Shown here in pieces: positions 26,800-41,240 of a DNA stretch of 64,000 nucleotides (within the stretch, counting starts at the first letter, position 1; every line of letters starts with the position of its first letter). Origin of the DNA: Octopus vulgaris. Its lineage: Eukaryota. The DNA is taken from NCBI GenBank assembly GCA_951406725.2, contig OX597822.1, forward strand, positions 84,506,001 to 84,570,000, read 5' to 3'. Made by a program: the position numbers and the translations under genes. Under the pieces are notes generated by a model. That model did no database searches, was not told the origin of the DNA, and worked only from the letters and a program-made list of their open reading frames with translations.

Positions 26800-28555
26800 T
26801 TGACTAGAGATTTTTGGAAATTATCCGTTGGTCCCAGCCCGAAAGTTCTCTGGAAAAGAGCAACTAGCCGATCTTCTTCGACGCCCAAGGTCTCCCCAAG
26901 AACATCGTCGCACTTTTCCTCCACTAATGCTTTATAAAATGCTAAAGGGACTTTTCATCTATTGCACTGTCTGATTGGCAGAGAGCTGAGAGCGCTTGAA
27001 GACATTCCACTTTCCAAGTGCTCCCCCTTGGTCTCTGTTTTACCCAGGACTGCAGCTTCGTTAAAGAAACTAGTTGCGAACGGCGACCACACCTGTTCAC
27101 CGCCAAGGAAGCACTGGAGATGTCGTAGCCCCAGTGCAAGTCTGCGCATCATAAACAACGGCATGCTCAGGCACCACGCAGCGGGTACCGACAGCAGATA
27201 GACCGCTTGACCACCGGGACGCATCCCTTCCACATGAAGCGGAAGAGTATACGCTCCAGCGTAATTAGACAGCGGCCAGGTCAAGCGGTAGTGGATGACG
27301 GACGCGATATACGCGTTAGCAATCTCTGTCTGACCTTTCAGAGGTAGCTTTCTCTCGGCCCGTTTCTGAGTGAGAGTAGTCTCCCTGCTTATTACCTCGT
27401 TCCAGTTTTTGTCCACCTGTAGGTCCGGACGAACCAGACCCCGAGCAATTTAACCGGTCCGTCTGTCTAGCACCCAACGACGCAGTTGGATGGCATGGAC
27501 CTGCTTCTCTAGGTGTCGAACCGCAAGCCCACTGATTTTCCTGATTAATTGACGCTCCCGAAACCGCCTCGTAGTCTCTGAGAGCGGTGAGAATCATTTC
27601 TATGTGTGTACAATCCGACTCCACTACGGTGACGTCATCGGCATATGTCGACACGCATCTCCCACATCCTAGGTCACGCAGATGCCTCTCCACGCCTCCA
27701 GTTTGTGTAGTAGTGGCTCGAGAGTCAGTACGTACTAGAGGGACGAAAGAGGTCAACCTTGCCAGACCAAGCGCATGATGCTCAACGGCTTTGAGAGGTG
27801 ACCGTTTACTCTGACCATTGAACAGATGTCGTTGTGCATTGCAGCGATCCAGCCCCTGAAAACAGGCTGCCTTGAGGACCACCGCCAGGTATAGATGGTC
27901 GACCCTATCGAAAGCTTTAGACTGATCTAAATTGATCAGGGCTCCACCCATGCTAGGTTTGTAGTCACTTTCTCAATGCTTCCCCTACCAGATCCCTGTC
28001 GACAAGCACTAGCCTCGTAGCTAATACCTTGGCCAAAATTTTGAACTCTGCATTCAGCAGAGTTATGGGCCTAAAGTTGTCAATACAACCCCCCTTGTGT
28101 TCGGCTCTTTTCTCAGCCAGTTGCAGTAAACGTTTGCTAAGAGGTCACCGAACAAGTCTGGCATGTAAGCGTGAAGCTCGTAGAGAAGTCCATACAAACC
28201 AGGCGATTTATCCCCCGTGCAGTTAGCCATTGCTTCCTGTATTTCAAATGCTGTTATCGGCCTTTCGCAGCGCACCGCCTCTGTCACCAAAAGCCGCAGC
28301 AGCCCGTCGAGAAATCCATCCTGCGATCCGGCTCACCGCTGCCCCCGAACAGTTGAGCGAAGAGCCGCTGAAAGGCCGCACACATTTGTCTCGGATCAGT
28401 TATCATTTGCCCTTCGTGGTTCGGCAAGGATCGGATCGTGGTATTATTGCTACGCCGTGCCTCTGCCACTTTCATCCCTGCGTATCTAAGTGCTCATGCC
28501 TTAGCTCTGACAATCCAACCTTCGTGTTTCGCGTCGAAGAATTGGTCGAGTGCTA
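26800..28555 (-). mobile_element. Degenerate L1/Tx1-clade LINE ORF2 fragment
   Basis: KSPGLYGL, FRPITLLNAEFKILAK, LINLDQSKAFDRVDH and STYADDVTV motifs across frameshifts. Confidence 0.88.
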
Positions 28556-28560
28556 ATCTA

Positions 28561-28637
<77 letters not shown>

Positions 28638-28805
28638 TTCAAATTTTGGCACAAGGCCAGCAATTTCGTGGGAGCGGCGGTGGGGGTGGGGTTTGTTGAT
28701 TACATTAAACCCCAGTGTTCAACTTGTACTTATTTTATCGACCCCGAAAAGATGAAAGGTAAAGTCGACTTCGGCGGAATTTGAACTCAGAACATAGACA
28801 GACGA

Positions 28806-29048
28806 AATACCTATTTCTATTTCTTTATTACCCACAAGGGGCTAAACACAGAGGGGACAAACAAGGACAGACATAGGTATTAAGTCGATTACATCGACCC
28901 CAGTGCGTAACTGGTACTTAATTTATCGACCCCGAAAGGATGAAAGGCAAAGTCGACCTCGGCGGAATTTGAACTCACAACATAACGCAGACGAAATACC
29001 GCTAAGCATTTCGTCCAACGTGCTAACGATTCTACCAGTTTGCCGCCT
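28806..29048 (-). mobile_element. SINE family B, preceded by a partial related copy at about 28640-28805
   Basis: Matches family B consensus. Confidence 0.85.
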
Positions 29049-29086
29049 CAATAATAATAATAATAATAATAATATTAATAATAATA

Positions 29087-29183
<97 letters not shown>

Positions 29184-29630
29184 CAATAATAATAATAATC
29201 TGAACACTGACTTATTATGTAGGTAGGTAAGGTTCACCAACTTGAACTTTACCGTGTCCAGTCTGCAAGGCGTAACTTGAAATGACTCGTTTAGGCTAGA
29301 AACTCCATCCGTAGTTCACTGACTTTCAAATAGTTGCTGACCCCAGGCAGTAGTGGATGGTTTACCAGTTTTGGATTGTCTCTGGGGTGTCGTTTCTGAG
29401 CCGCTGTAAAGACTACGATACCACAATAATTGCATTCGTTTGTAAACTCTCTTCCTCTTTGTCTCAGCCTGTCTATCTGCCTATCTGTTCGTTTGTCTAT
29501 CCAGTCTGTCTGTCTCTCTATCTGTCTGTCTGTTGTCTGTCTGTCCGTCCGTCCGTCTATCTTCTCTCTCTCTTTCTGATAGTATCTTAGAGACACTAAA
29601 CTCCTCTCACACACGTGCATATGTACACAT

Positions 29631-29670
<40 letters not shown>

Positions 29671-29877
29671 CAATAAACTGAGTGAAAAATAATCTCGCTC
29701 CCCGACATATATTTTACTTGGTTGTGAGGTTAAGAAGCGCGCTTTGCGACCATTTGGTTTCGAGTTCAGACCCATTGCGAGACACCTTACTTAAATGGCT
29801 TCTATTATAACTCCAGACCAACCAATACCTTCTCAGCGAGTTTGGGATGTGGAAACTGTGTGAAAGCCTGTCATGAT

Positions 29878-29934
<57 letters not shown>

Positions 29935-30328
29935 GTTTATATGTAAGTGTGTGTGTGTCTTTGTGTTTATGCTTGTCCCCCCTCCACACAATTTAACAAC
30001 GGTTGTTGGTTTATTTGTGTCCCTGTAACTTAGCATTTCGGCAGAGGGAACGATAGCATAAGCACTAGATTTTAAAATGAGTAGTGAGGTTTATATATTC
30101 GACTAAACCCTTCGAGGCGGTGCCGAAGCATGACCAAAGTCAAAGCGCGCGCGTTTGTGTGTGTAGTAGGCATAAATAACGGGCTTTACATATTTATTTG
30201 TGCATTATAGCCTTGTAGCTGTTTCAGATGTATATTTTGGTTGCGTTCATGGTTCAATTTAATCAAACGATATAATGAACGAACATTGCAATGCTATCTT
30301 CGTTGTGTGTGTATATATATATGTATAA

Positions 30329-30387
<59 letters not shown>

Positions 30388-30429
30388 CGTGTATGTGTGT
30401 GTGTGTTTGTGTGTGTGCGTGTTAGTTTA

Positions 30430-31080
30430 TTATTTATTAGAATTCTTTTTAGAAAGAAACAAAAATTTCGCTGAAATTTAGATAACAGCAATGATAATCG
30501 TTCCCTGCTGAAATTCAGAAAAGTCTTGCATATTTTTACTGTTCCATTTACAAATTGTACATGTAAAGTGGATGATAGCCGGATTGATTCCTTGTTAATC
30601 ATAACTTGTCTAGATTGTCATTTAGACATCAACAAACATAACTAAGCACACCGATAATTATATGCATAAATGTGAGTTTATATTAAGGAGAGAGGCGCTG
30701 CTGGTTTCATAGAAGTTGTTCGTTGATTTCGTAAGACATGTTCACATCTGTCGGGTAAATAATCTTTATGGCTGTTGATGTTTTTCTCTTCAGTCCTAAA
30801 TATTTATATCAGCCCTCTTTTGGCTGTTCTTGGTCGAAATTTTGATGACAATTTATTGTTATTTAAATGCTTGTATTCAACAGCATAGGTATTGTTTACA
30901 TTTATCCTCAGGCAGTATTTTCTGTGGATGCGCATTGTGTATTGTTTTAGCAATGTTGTCGCAGTGGGAGGTCGTAACTCGATGACGTTTTTGAGCAGCT
31001 ACTGGTTACGTGTGTTATGTGCCACACAGAAGAGACGCATAATCGACGTCTGCAGAACCATCTTGGGAGATTAAGGGCGT
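30430..31080 (-). mobile_element. 3' fragment of a restriction-like-endonuclease LINE (R4/Dong-like)
   Basis: C-terminus QFVNGTVKICKTFLNF; aligns by eye with 60540-61050. Confidence 0.55.
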
Positions 31081-32221
31081 GAGAGTCTCGTTTTTTCATT
31101 TGGTGAGTCATAACCATCTCCTGCTCTTAGAGTGCAATGCAAAAGCGTAACCATCGAGACGTACGTACGCACGCATTTGCGTACGTACGTACGTACGTAT
31201 GTATGTATGTATGTATGTATGTATGTATGTATGTATGTATGTATGTATGTATGTATGTATGTATGTATGTATGTATGTACGTATGTATGTATGTATGTAT
31301 GTATGTATGTATGTATGTATGTATGTATGCGTGTGTGCCATGTATTCTTGTGTTAAAATTCATATATTCTTATTATTCATCAAAATAAATGGTTCTTTAG
31401 GGACAAAGTGTATGTATTTGTGTGTGTGTGTGCATATTTACGTATACACACATAAACACACGCGCACACGCGCACACGCGCACACGCGCACAGACACGCG
31501 CACAGACACGCACATACATGTAGCTGTTGGTAATGACGTGCCAGAAAGTTGCCCTTGGTTTCACGTCTATTATTGCTCTTCACAATGTAGGCAACTCATC
31601 AGGTTATGACTGGAAGCACATAACCTCTTTACAGATGGAAGTCAGCAAGGTTGTGAAAAAAACAAACAAGCATAAAAACACGAAACGAAATTCTTCGAAG
31701 CGAGAACCTCTTCTGCGTGAGATGGAGTTATCTTCCTTTGAACGGTTCTAGTTGTGTCCGAAAGAGTAATGTTATGTATGATTACTGCCCACTAGTCAGT
31801 AGGTGAAGGCCATGTCTTCAATATGAATTTTCTCTCATTAGGGCACTGACTAAACATCTTACTTTTGGAATTAAAGAAGACACTCGCGGATCAAGCGAAT
31901 TTTTTAGGATCCTTGCTCTCTCAGGGACAAAAACTTACTGACCAACACTCCATCAGTAAAGAAGTTATGTGCCTCCGGGCAGCAGGTCTGGTTAGTCTTC
32001 TACTTTGCCAAGAACAACAATAGACGTGAAACAAATGGTAACTTTTTAACTGGCCATAACCAATGACTTCTTAAATTATTACTACTCAATATATTATTTA
32101 GTGTTTTTTCAAATTTACGGGCAACTGACCGATTACACACACCCACACACACATACACACACACACAGTCTCTCTCTCACATATAGATATACACTCTCTC
32201 TTCCACACAAGCACAAGCACA

Positions 32222-32265
<44 letters not shown>

Positions 32266-32619
32266 CACATATATACACACACGCTCTCACATATATATAC
32301 ACATTCTCTCACTCACACATACACACACACTTTCTACCATACAAACATACACACGCACACACACACTCTCTCTCTCTTATACATATTCACACACTCTTTC
32401 TCCCATACAAATTCATACACACATACACACACTCCCCCACAAACACACACGCACACACACACACACGCACACACACACACACGAACACACACACACACAC
32501 ACTCTCTCTCTCTCACATATACACACACTCTCCTCCGCTCTCTCTGATATACAGACCTAGATAAAACAATATGGTTGCCGCTGGTCGCTACACCATCAAA
32601 ACCATCGTCAGCCTCAACC

Positions 32620-32664
<45 letters not shown>

Positions 32665-32933
32665 CCACTGCCACCATCATGAGAACCACCTACACCACCA
32701 ACCTCACTTCAGTCGTACCATTATCACTGCCAACTCTTCGCTCACCATCACCCCGCCTCTCACAAACCACCATCACCCCACCCTCTATTATCTCCCCCAA
32801 CAGCACCAACACGTGTTTTACCTACTGCGGCGGGCAATATTTACAGGGTCACGGCTGAGGGATTGCTTGTGTTTACGTCACATCTGCCTGAAGATGGGAG
32901 CGAAAGACAGAGAAATGGAATGGGAGAGAAGAA

Positions 32934-32970
<37 letters not shown>

Positions 32971-33789
32971 GGGAAGACAAAAGGAAACGGTGGTGGTGGT
33001 AGAAGGGGGTGGGACTCGGCCTCTCTCCTTCTTTTCCCAAACAGTTTTGTTGCGGTCGAACTGTCAGAGGAACTCGTCAGAAGTTTTATGGAAATAACTG
33101 CTGAATAAACATGGCTTACTCGGCGGCGTCACCACCATCACCCCCACCCCCACCAACAACAACAATATCAGCAAAAGCACGAAACCCCCTACGACATCCA
33201 ACACGATCATCACCACCATCACAACCACCAGCTCCTACCACTTACTACGACTACAACCACCACCAACGCAACAGCCCATACCATCAGTTCTACTATCAAT
33301 AACCACCACAAACATGACATATGCATCCCCATCGTCTTTATCATCATCACTAATATACAACAATACATCGACAGAACCATCATCACCACCATCATCAAAA
33401 TCAACCACAGCAACAGTAGCAACACCCCCAGCATTGCCACACCCACCACCACCACACCCACCATTATCACCATCACCCCCACGAACACCAACTTCATTAC
33501 TACCCCTATCACCTACAAACCCATGATCATACCGGGAAGACCTTAATCACACAAGTTGACTTAGGGCTAAAAACAATGAAAACAGGCTGTAGTTAAGAAG
33601 CTCGTTTCACAAACACATGGGTTACAGTTCAATCCCATTGTACGGTACCTTGAACCTAATGACTACCACTTCTCCTCTGGACTCGGCTCTCAACAATCTA
33701 CACATCCTGGGTGAGGCCCACAATATTTCTCTCACATCTGAGACAGTGCTGCTTTTGCACAAACAACCTCGACTGCACCCAGAAAAGGC

Positions 33790-34697
33790 CATTCGATCGG
33801 TTGGCATAAAATCGCCCTAGCAACGAAAAATGGTGCCTGTACATCAATATGAAGCAGCGTAAGGAATGGCTTAGCCCCGGTAAACAAGCGACACCGCGCG
33901 TGAAACAAGATCTTCATCCGTGCAAAACGATGTTGTGCGTATGGTGGAACTGGGAAGGGATTATCCATTACGAATTACTTGAATGGAACCAAACGGTCAA
34001 CGCGGAACTCTATGTTCAACAGATGCTTAACTTAGCGTAGAGTTCCGCGTTGACCGTTTGATTCCGTTCACATCGTTGCTTGTGTCTATGAGTTGAGCGG
34101 TTACGAGCAAGCAAACCAGCGGAGATTGTGGCTCGTTGATTTTTGTTGTTGTCACTTAAAGCATGCGGAACACATGCTCCATACTTCTGAACCTTTCCCA
34201 TCAAGTGAAGATGCTTCTCTATAGCAATGTGAGAACATTCCATTTTCTCTGCCAGTTCCTTTGCCGTTTGACGAGAATTTTCGTGCAAAAGTTGGTTTAA
34301 TCGCTCTTCATCGAACTCAACTGGACGGCCAGAACGCGATGCGTCTTTGAGGTCAAAATTTCCATTTTTGAACTTGGCATACCAATTACGAGCGGTTCTT
34401 TCAGCTATGGCACCCTCTCCATACACAGCACAAATGTCGCGAGCAGCTTTTGCAGCCTTAGAACCTTGATTAAAAGCAAACAAAAGGAGGTGTCGAAAAT
34501 GCTCGTTTTTCTTAACTTGACATTCCATTTTAATAATCTGAAAATGAACAAAAATTAACTAAAATTAGCTAAAATTAACTAGAAAAAAAAACAAAAACAA
34601 AAGCAAAATAGATTCCAAAACGAGTCAAAAATAGAATTCTCGAAAAAAATAGATTCCAAAATTTAAAAAAACGGCGGGAACTTAGTTACCAACCCAA
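33790..34697 (-). mobile_element. Rearranged mariner transposon
   Basis: TIR TA-ttgggttggtaactaagttcccgccg at 34697; N-terminal transposase ORF 34016-34528 (HTH, SGRPVEFD, CVPHAL); catalytic-domain piece on opposite strand 33815-34030 (NEKWCLY, MLCVWWNWEGIIHYELL). Confidence 0.92.
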
Positions 34698-35567
34698 TAA
34701 ATAAAACTTGAATACAATCTCCTCTTTCTCGTCAGCACTGATGTAATCTAAAGGAATGGTAATGCTACAACAGCTTGCTACTGGTGCCATTGCAGACATT
34801 GTATTAAAGCGCCGAAACCCAGAAACCCAGAATCCCAGACAAGATGCCGCAGGGTAGGCACCCCGATGCATTAATCAATCGATCAGTATTTTAATCTTAC
34901 TGACCTAAAAGGATCTCGATAGGATTTGAACTCGGAGCGCTGGAAGTCAGAAGCAAATACAGCAAAGCTACACTATAATAACCCTGCCAATATTCGCCCG
35001 CACGTACACACATGCATACAGATACACGCGCACACACACGAATATTTAGGCATATACACACACAAACTCACGTACGCATATGCATACACCAGTACATACA
35101 ATACACACAGACGCATAGAAACACACACACACATACACACAAACAAGCAAACACACACGCACACACATTCTGCTGCCTATCTGACTGGAAGATCTTCCGT
35201 TACATTTCCAAAGAGATAAGTTCTAATACGATCAAAGACGGCCGCTGTATAAAGGATATTTTAAAAGTGAGATTTAAAAATGAAATAAGGAATAAATAAG
35301 GAAACGCATTGTAGAGCTTTATCATTTTGATATCTATGTCTAATACATATCTGACATATCTAATATACATACATACAGACATATATACACACACATACAT
35401 GTATAAAATATATTCATCTCACATATGTGTGCGATGATCGAAGACAAGGCGAGGAACTTTCACTGGCTTATAGATCAGTGATAGAGATGATTGCCTGATC
35501 CTCGTCTGATGTAAGCTGCCAAGCACCATCCTGTGTTCTTGAAGTATATCTGGAATGTCTACAATGG

Positions 35568-35598
<31 letters not shown>

Positions 35599-36090
35599 CC
35601 AGCCTAAAAGCCGACCGATAGGGCGGCTTCTAAGCTACTATACAGCTTTTTAGCAACTGACCCCGAATGGGAAGAATCTGCGAACAGATTTCTGACTTGT
35701 TTTGGAGAATTTGTTGCAATTGCTTCCTCCAGAGTCATATTCTAATGATGTTCATATTCGTTGCAAAAAATCACGTAAAAAAAAAAATCGCCGTAAACAA
35801 TCGCAGTAATAAAAATATAGGAACCCCAAATTTCAGGACTCCAGGTCCGGATTCATCCCGGAATGTTTGTTATTTATTCAGAGTTAGCCTTTAGATTATA
35901 AAAATTGCAGTGGGACAAAAAAAAATCTGTCGCAAAAGGTAACGTAAAAAAATTGCCGAAAACAATCACAGTAATGAAAACTTGGGAAACCAAAATTTCA
36001 GGATTGTGGGTCCGGATTCGGCCTGGAATGTTTTTAATTTACTCATGGAGTCAGCCTGATTCCAAAATGGCATGATATGTTGGGCTACAG
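35599..36090 (-). mobile_element. Probable non-autonomous Helitron 3' part with internal ~170-bp tandem duplication
   Basis: Hairpin agccgacc-gata-gggcggct (35609-35628) then CTGG-T on minus strand in (TA)n; 35770-35900 resembles 35940-36060. Confidence 0.5.
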
Positions 36091-36551
36091 CTTCTAGGAG
36101 TAAATGTTATTTTACCCCATCTACCAATGTATTATCCCCTACACCCATTCTTTCACTTCTGATATTTTCCCCAATGCAGCTTTTATGTTTTTCTGTAGCA
36201 ACGAACTTACAGTTATTGAAGAAGCACATACAAACCACATCGATAAAACAGGGCTCGGTGGGGCCCCGAAGGCTATGGACAGGGCCCATACACTTGAGCC
36301 AACCATTAAAATGATAATTGCTTCTAACGAAGGCACAAGACGAGGAATTTGGGGAAGGGGTCAGTTGTTTATATCGATATCAGGACTTAATGGGTCTGTA
36401 TTTTATCGATCCCAGAAGGATGAAAGGGAAAGCTGATCTGGGCTGGATTTGAACACGGGATGTAAAGAGCAGGAAAAGTAGCATCTTAACAATTCTGCCA
36501 CAGACACACGCACACACACACGCGTACACACACACACGCGCACACGCGCAT

Positions 36552-36644
<93 letters not shown>

Positions 36645-36951
36645 CAAAAGAAACTGACTATTTCCGGATGCTGGAATGTTTAGAAGTACCTACGTCTTCC
36701 GCAATGGTTGAGATTGCCTCGAAGAAATTGCTAAGATCGGAGGATGGAAAGAAAATGGCAAGACTAGAGAGGATGCCTCTCTTATAAAGGGAAAGTTAAA
36801 TGGAACGAAACGGAAGAGAAAAAATATTTTTATTACAAAAGAAGATTTTTCTAAATTATTTACGCCTCTTAAGTCTACCTGTATAGTTTTATTAGCAGCT
36901 CTACTAATTTCACGCTCGCTAACAACGGATGTACTGGTTAGGTCATCTTAT

Positions 36952-37056
<105 letters not shown>

Positions 37057-37082
37057 CATGTATACATGTATATATACATATA

Positions 37083-37219
<137 letters not shown>

Positions 37220-37613
37220 ATTGATAGGGAAGCCAGAGTTTACTGTAAACTTTATTTAGCACGATGATCGTTTCGGCTCACAGCTGCACTGCTCGTTGTC
37301 GTAAGTGGCAAGCGTGCTCTCAAGGCACACTACACAGAACATAGAGTGGCTGTGTGGTAAGTAGCTTGCTTACTAACCACATGGTTCCGAGTTCAGTGTG
37401 TGTGTGTGTGTGTGTGTATTTATGTCTGTGTTTGTCCCTCCAACATCACTTGACAACCGATGATGGTGTGGTTACGTCCCCGTAACTTAGCGATTCGACA
37501 AAAAGAGACCGATAAAATAAGTAATTACAAATAATAAGTCCTGGAGTCGATTTGTTCGACGCAAGGCCGTGCTCCAGTATGGCCGCAGTCAAATGACTGA
37601 AACGAATAAAAGA

Positions 37614-37670
<57 letters not shown>

Positions 37671-38301
37671 TTATTTTAGATATATATATGTATTATGTAT
37701 GTATGTATGTATGTATGTATGTGTGTGTGTGTGTGTAAAGAAAGATTAAACTACCAATTATTATTTCTAGTTTAGCCATTTACTCTACAGCCTGAAGCGT
37801 TACTCTGCCAAATGGCATGATTCAAAAACATTAACCCTTCATTCCTCTTTCTGAGTCTCTTTTTTTCTTTTATGTATTTTTCTTCACTCTGATGAAGCTC
37901 CATGTTCAAGATTGGATGTGTTACAAAATATGACGAATATTATTCTCAGAATTTTCTTTGGCAACACTTCAGGACATTGGAAGCAGAAACGGCTGTTTGA
38001 TGGGATAAAGCTTTTTATTAAAAAATATTAATCGATGGTAGTGAATTGTTGCTGGTCAAGATTTCTCCATTTTCTGCTTAATTTATATATATATAAATGC
38101 TCTAATATCTATACAGCCTTGGTTTTTTTATCTTAATACGCAAAAAATTCTTATATATATATATATATATGTATATATCGAAATTGCGAGGATGATCCGG
38201 TTCTTGACTGAAGATTGAAGGCTTCGAATGTCCCGTCCGTGTTTTTTGTATCGTCTTCTAAATGTTTTGCGTTCTTGTCCCAGTTTGTATTTTTTTACAT
38301 A

Positions 38302-38386
<85 letters not shown>

Positions 38387-38559
38387 ATATATTCATTATT
38401 ATCATTCTCTCTTTATCATAGGTTTTATTGAAGCTCCTGGAGTCTTGCATGCGTAGCAGGCTTACTACCTGCAGCCAATGGCACCATGCTATCCGTTCTT
38501 TTCAACTATCTGATATTTCGTACTTAAGAGGATTGTATCTATCTTCGCCTTCCTTCTTA

Positions 38560-38918
<359 letters not shown>

Positions 38919-40389
38919 TTCTTTTTACTTCTCAGAACATTCAGTCTTGTTTGTTCTAGTAGATTTTTTTTGAGAGCGGACAGCAGCCTGCTGTCAGAGG
39001 CCTCGCTGGGTCTCTTTCCACACATACATTTTGATACTTGGTTGTTTATTATTGTGGGAGACATTCAACATCCAAGTACCAATCTCAAAATCCTAGCTGT
39101 CCCTAGCAGAGCAGTTCTTTTGGGGCTTGCTCTTCTCTCATGTCAATTCCAATTTCTTTGACATATTCCTCGAATTTGGTTCCTATTGTTCCGAGTGTCC
39201 CTACAACTATTGGAATGGCAGACAATTCTCCTCATAATCCACATTCTTGCAATTTCGTCTTTTAGTATTCTCTGTACTTTTCAATCTTTTCTAGTTCTCT
39301 GTCATTTAGGCGTGCATCTCCAGGTATTTCAATATCTATGATCTTGGCTTCTGTTTTCCATATCTATCGCAGCAATATCTGGTCTCTGAGCCTTGATTAG
39401 GGAGTCATATTGGCTTGTAAAATCCCACAGAATCTTATGTTCCCTGTTCTTGGTGACTTGGATCATGTTTGTGACATTTCCATGCTCTGTCCAAGCTGTA
39501 CTTTTCAGATAACCTCCAGTGGATGAACTTAGCCATGTAGATGTGTCTCTTACTCTCTCTCTTAATATGTGAGATTATCTCGTTTCTGCTGCCGCACATC
39601 CTACAAAGGAGTGATTTGCTACTCTTATCTACTTGGAACTTGGTGTAATTAGTTCTCAGAGCTTGTTCCTGGGCTCTGCATATCAATGCTTCAGTGCATC
39701 CTTTCAGATCACTTTTTCTTAACCATCTCCAAGTATTGATCTTGTCTTTTCCTTCAATTTCTCTGAGGTATTGCCCATGCAGTGGTTTCATTTTCCAGAT
39801 GTTTACTCTTTCTTCATCTTGTTTCTTAAATGTTTGAGGGTGCATTACATTTTCGGTAGGCATTATATTGTTAATTCTAACAGCGGCAAGCAAAGATTCA
39901 CCCTGCTGTTTGATGTACCATTCCAGACTGTTCTTCCCACTGACAACACAGATCTTGCATCCCATGAGACCTCTTTCACCCCTCTTTCTAGACACATACA
40001 GTCTGTCAGTATCACTTTTGGGGTGTAGTTCCTTGTTAATTGTCATCACTTTTCTAGTTTACCTGTCCATTTCCTCAAGCTCGTTCTATGTCCACCTAAC
40101 AATACCTGCGTCATATTGCATTAAAGAAACAGTCCATGTGTTCATTGCTCTGATTTTGTTTATTCCATTGAGTCTACTTCCCATAATTGACTTGGTTCTT
40201 CTGAGATATTCTCGCTTGATGCTTTCCTTCATTTCACTTTCCTTGATTTTGTCGTATTCTAAAATCCCCAGATATTTATATCCATTATTCTCAATATCCT
40301 TGATTTTCTGACCGTTGAGTAGCTCTACACCATCAGACGACACTACTTTGCCTCTTTGTATTATAAGCATACCACACTCCTTGAATCCA
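38919..40389 (-). mobile_element. 5'-truncated R4/Dong-clade LINE
   Basis: YKYLGILE, LHPKSDTDRLYVSRKRGERGL, LHGQY, AQEQALRT, CRMC..HI zinc knuckle, ILWDF and RPD..IID endonuclease motifs; 3' end runs into (TAA)n. Confidence 0.88.
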
Positions 40390-40413
40390 TTTCAACCACT
40401 CTAGACGGCTTAC

Positions 40414-41240
40414 CACCAGAAAATCGAACTTCTGTAGGCTTTTCGTTCAATCCCTTGGCATATGGTAAATTCCATTCATCTTCTATCACGTTGTTAATGA
40501 TATCAGATTTTATAACATCTAAGGCAGCGTAGGTGGAACTCAGTTTTAATTATCTTTCAGTTGGCTTGCTGGAAATTCGTACTAATTCGTGGTAGTCGAC
40601 TTTCCGTCCAATACAAATAACAAATAGCGTAACGTTCTCCTCTCGACATTTTCCCGCTGCTATCTGTGTAGCATTTACATTTTGTGAAGCACCATCAGTC
40701 ATCATTATACCAATGTGTTTAACATTTCTTCTGCCTCCATTCTCCGGGCTAGACAAATTGTCTTCATTATTAACAACGCTTGGCTTATATTAGTGTTACC
40801 TCTTATCTGTTCAATTGTGTCTAATCTTGATTTCAATATCTCTTTGTTATTTGACTTACTCAATTTAAAATGAACTCGTGCATCTGTACTGAAGGAAATA
40901 ATACCAACTCTAACCTGGTGGAGTGCCATTCTAACATCTAGCTGTTCGGCCATATATTCTACAAATGCTAGTTGTTTCTTAAAATTAGGAGGCCATATAC
41001 CCGCCGAGGAATCCAACATGAAAGCCAGGTCTACTGGGCTTTTATTAGGAAATTTGGGTGGAATTGTTTCTGCTACATTTCTGTGCCAACTGAGATGGAC
41101 CAGCAAATCGGATAGTAAAGGGATGTATAACTTTGTCGATGGCCGTCCTATTATCTCCAGATAATAAACCTGTCTTTTGCTTTAAAAGCATGTCAGTTTT
41201 AGAGATTACTTTAATCTTGAGATTACCTCCCTTTCTCAAG
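40414..41240 (-). pseudogene. Disabled von Willebrand factor A domain coding sequence (collagen VI / matrilin-like)
   Basis: VDLAFMLDSSAGI, QVRVGIISFS, GNTNISQAL, IMMTDGAS, LFVICIG, ELVRISSKP; frameshift near 40762 and in-frame TAA at 40550-40552. Confidence 0.8.

Noticed and set aside
37258-37285. GCCGAAACGATCATC half hammerhead on minus strand
   Set aside because: No recognisable CUGANGA half upstream; not counted.
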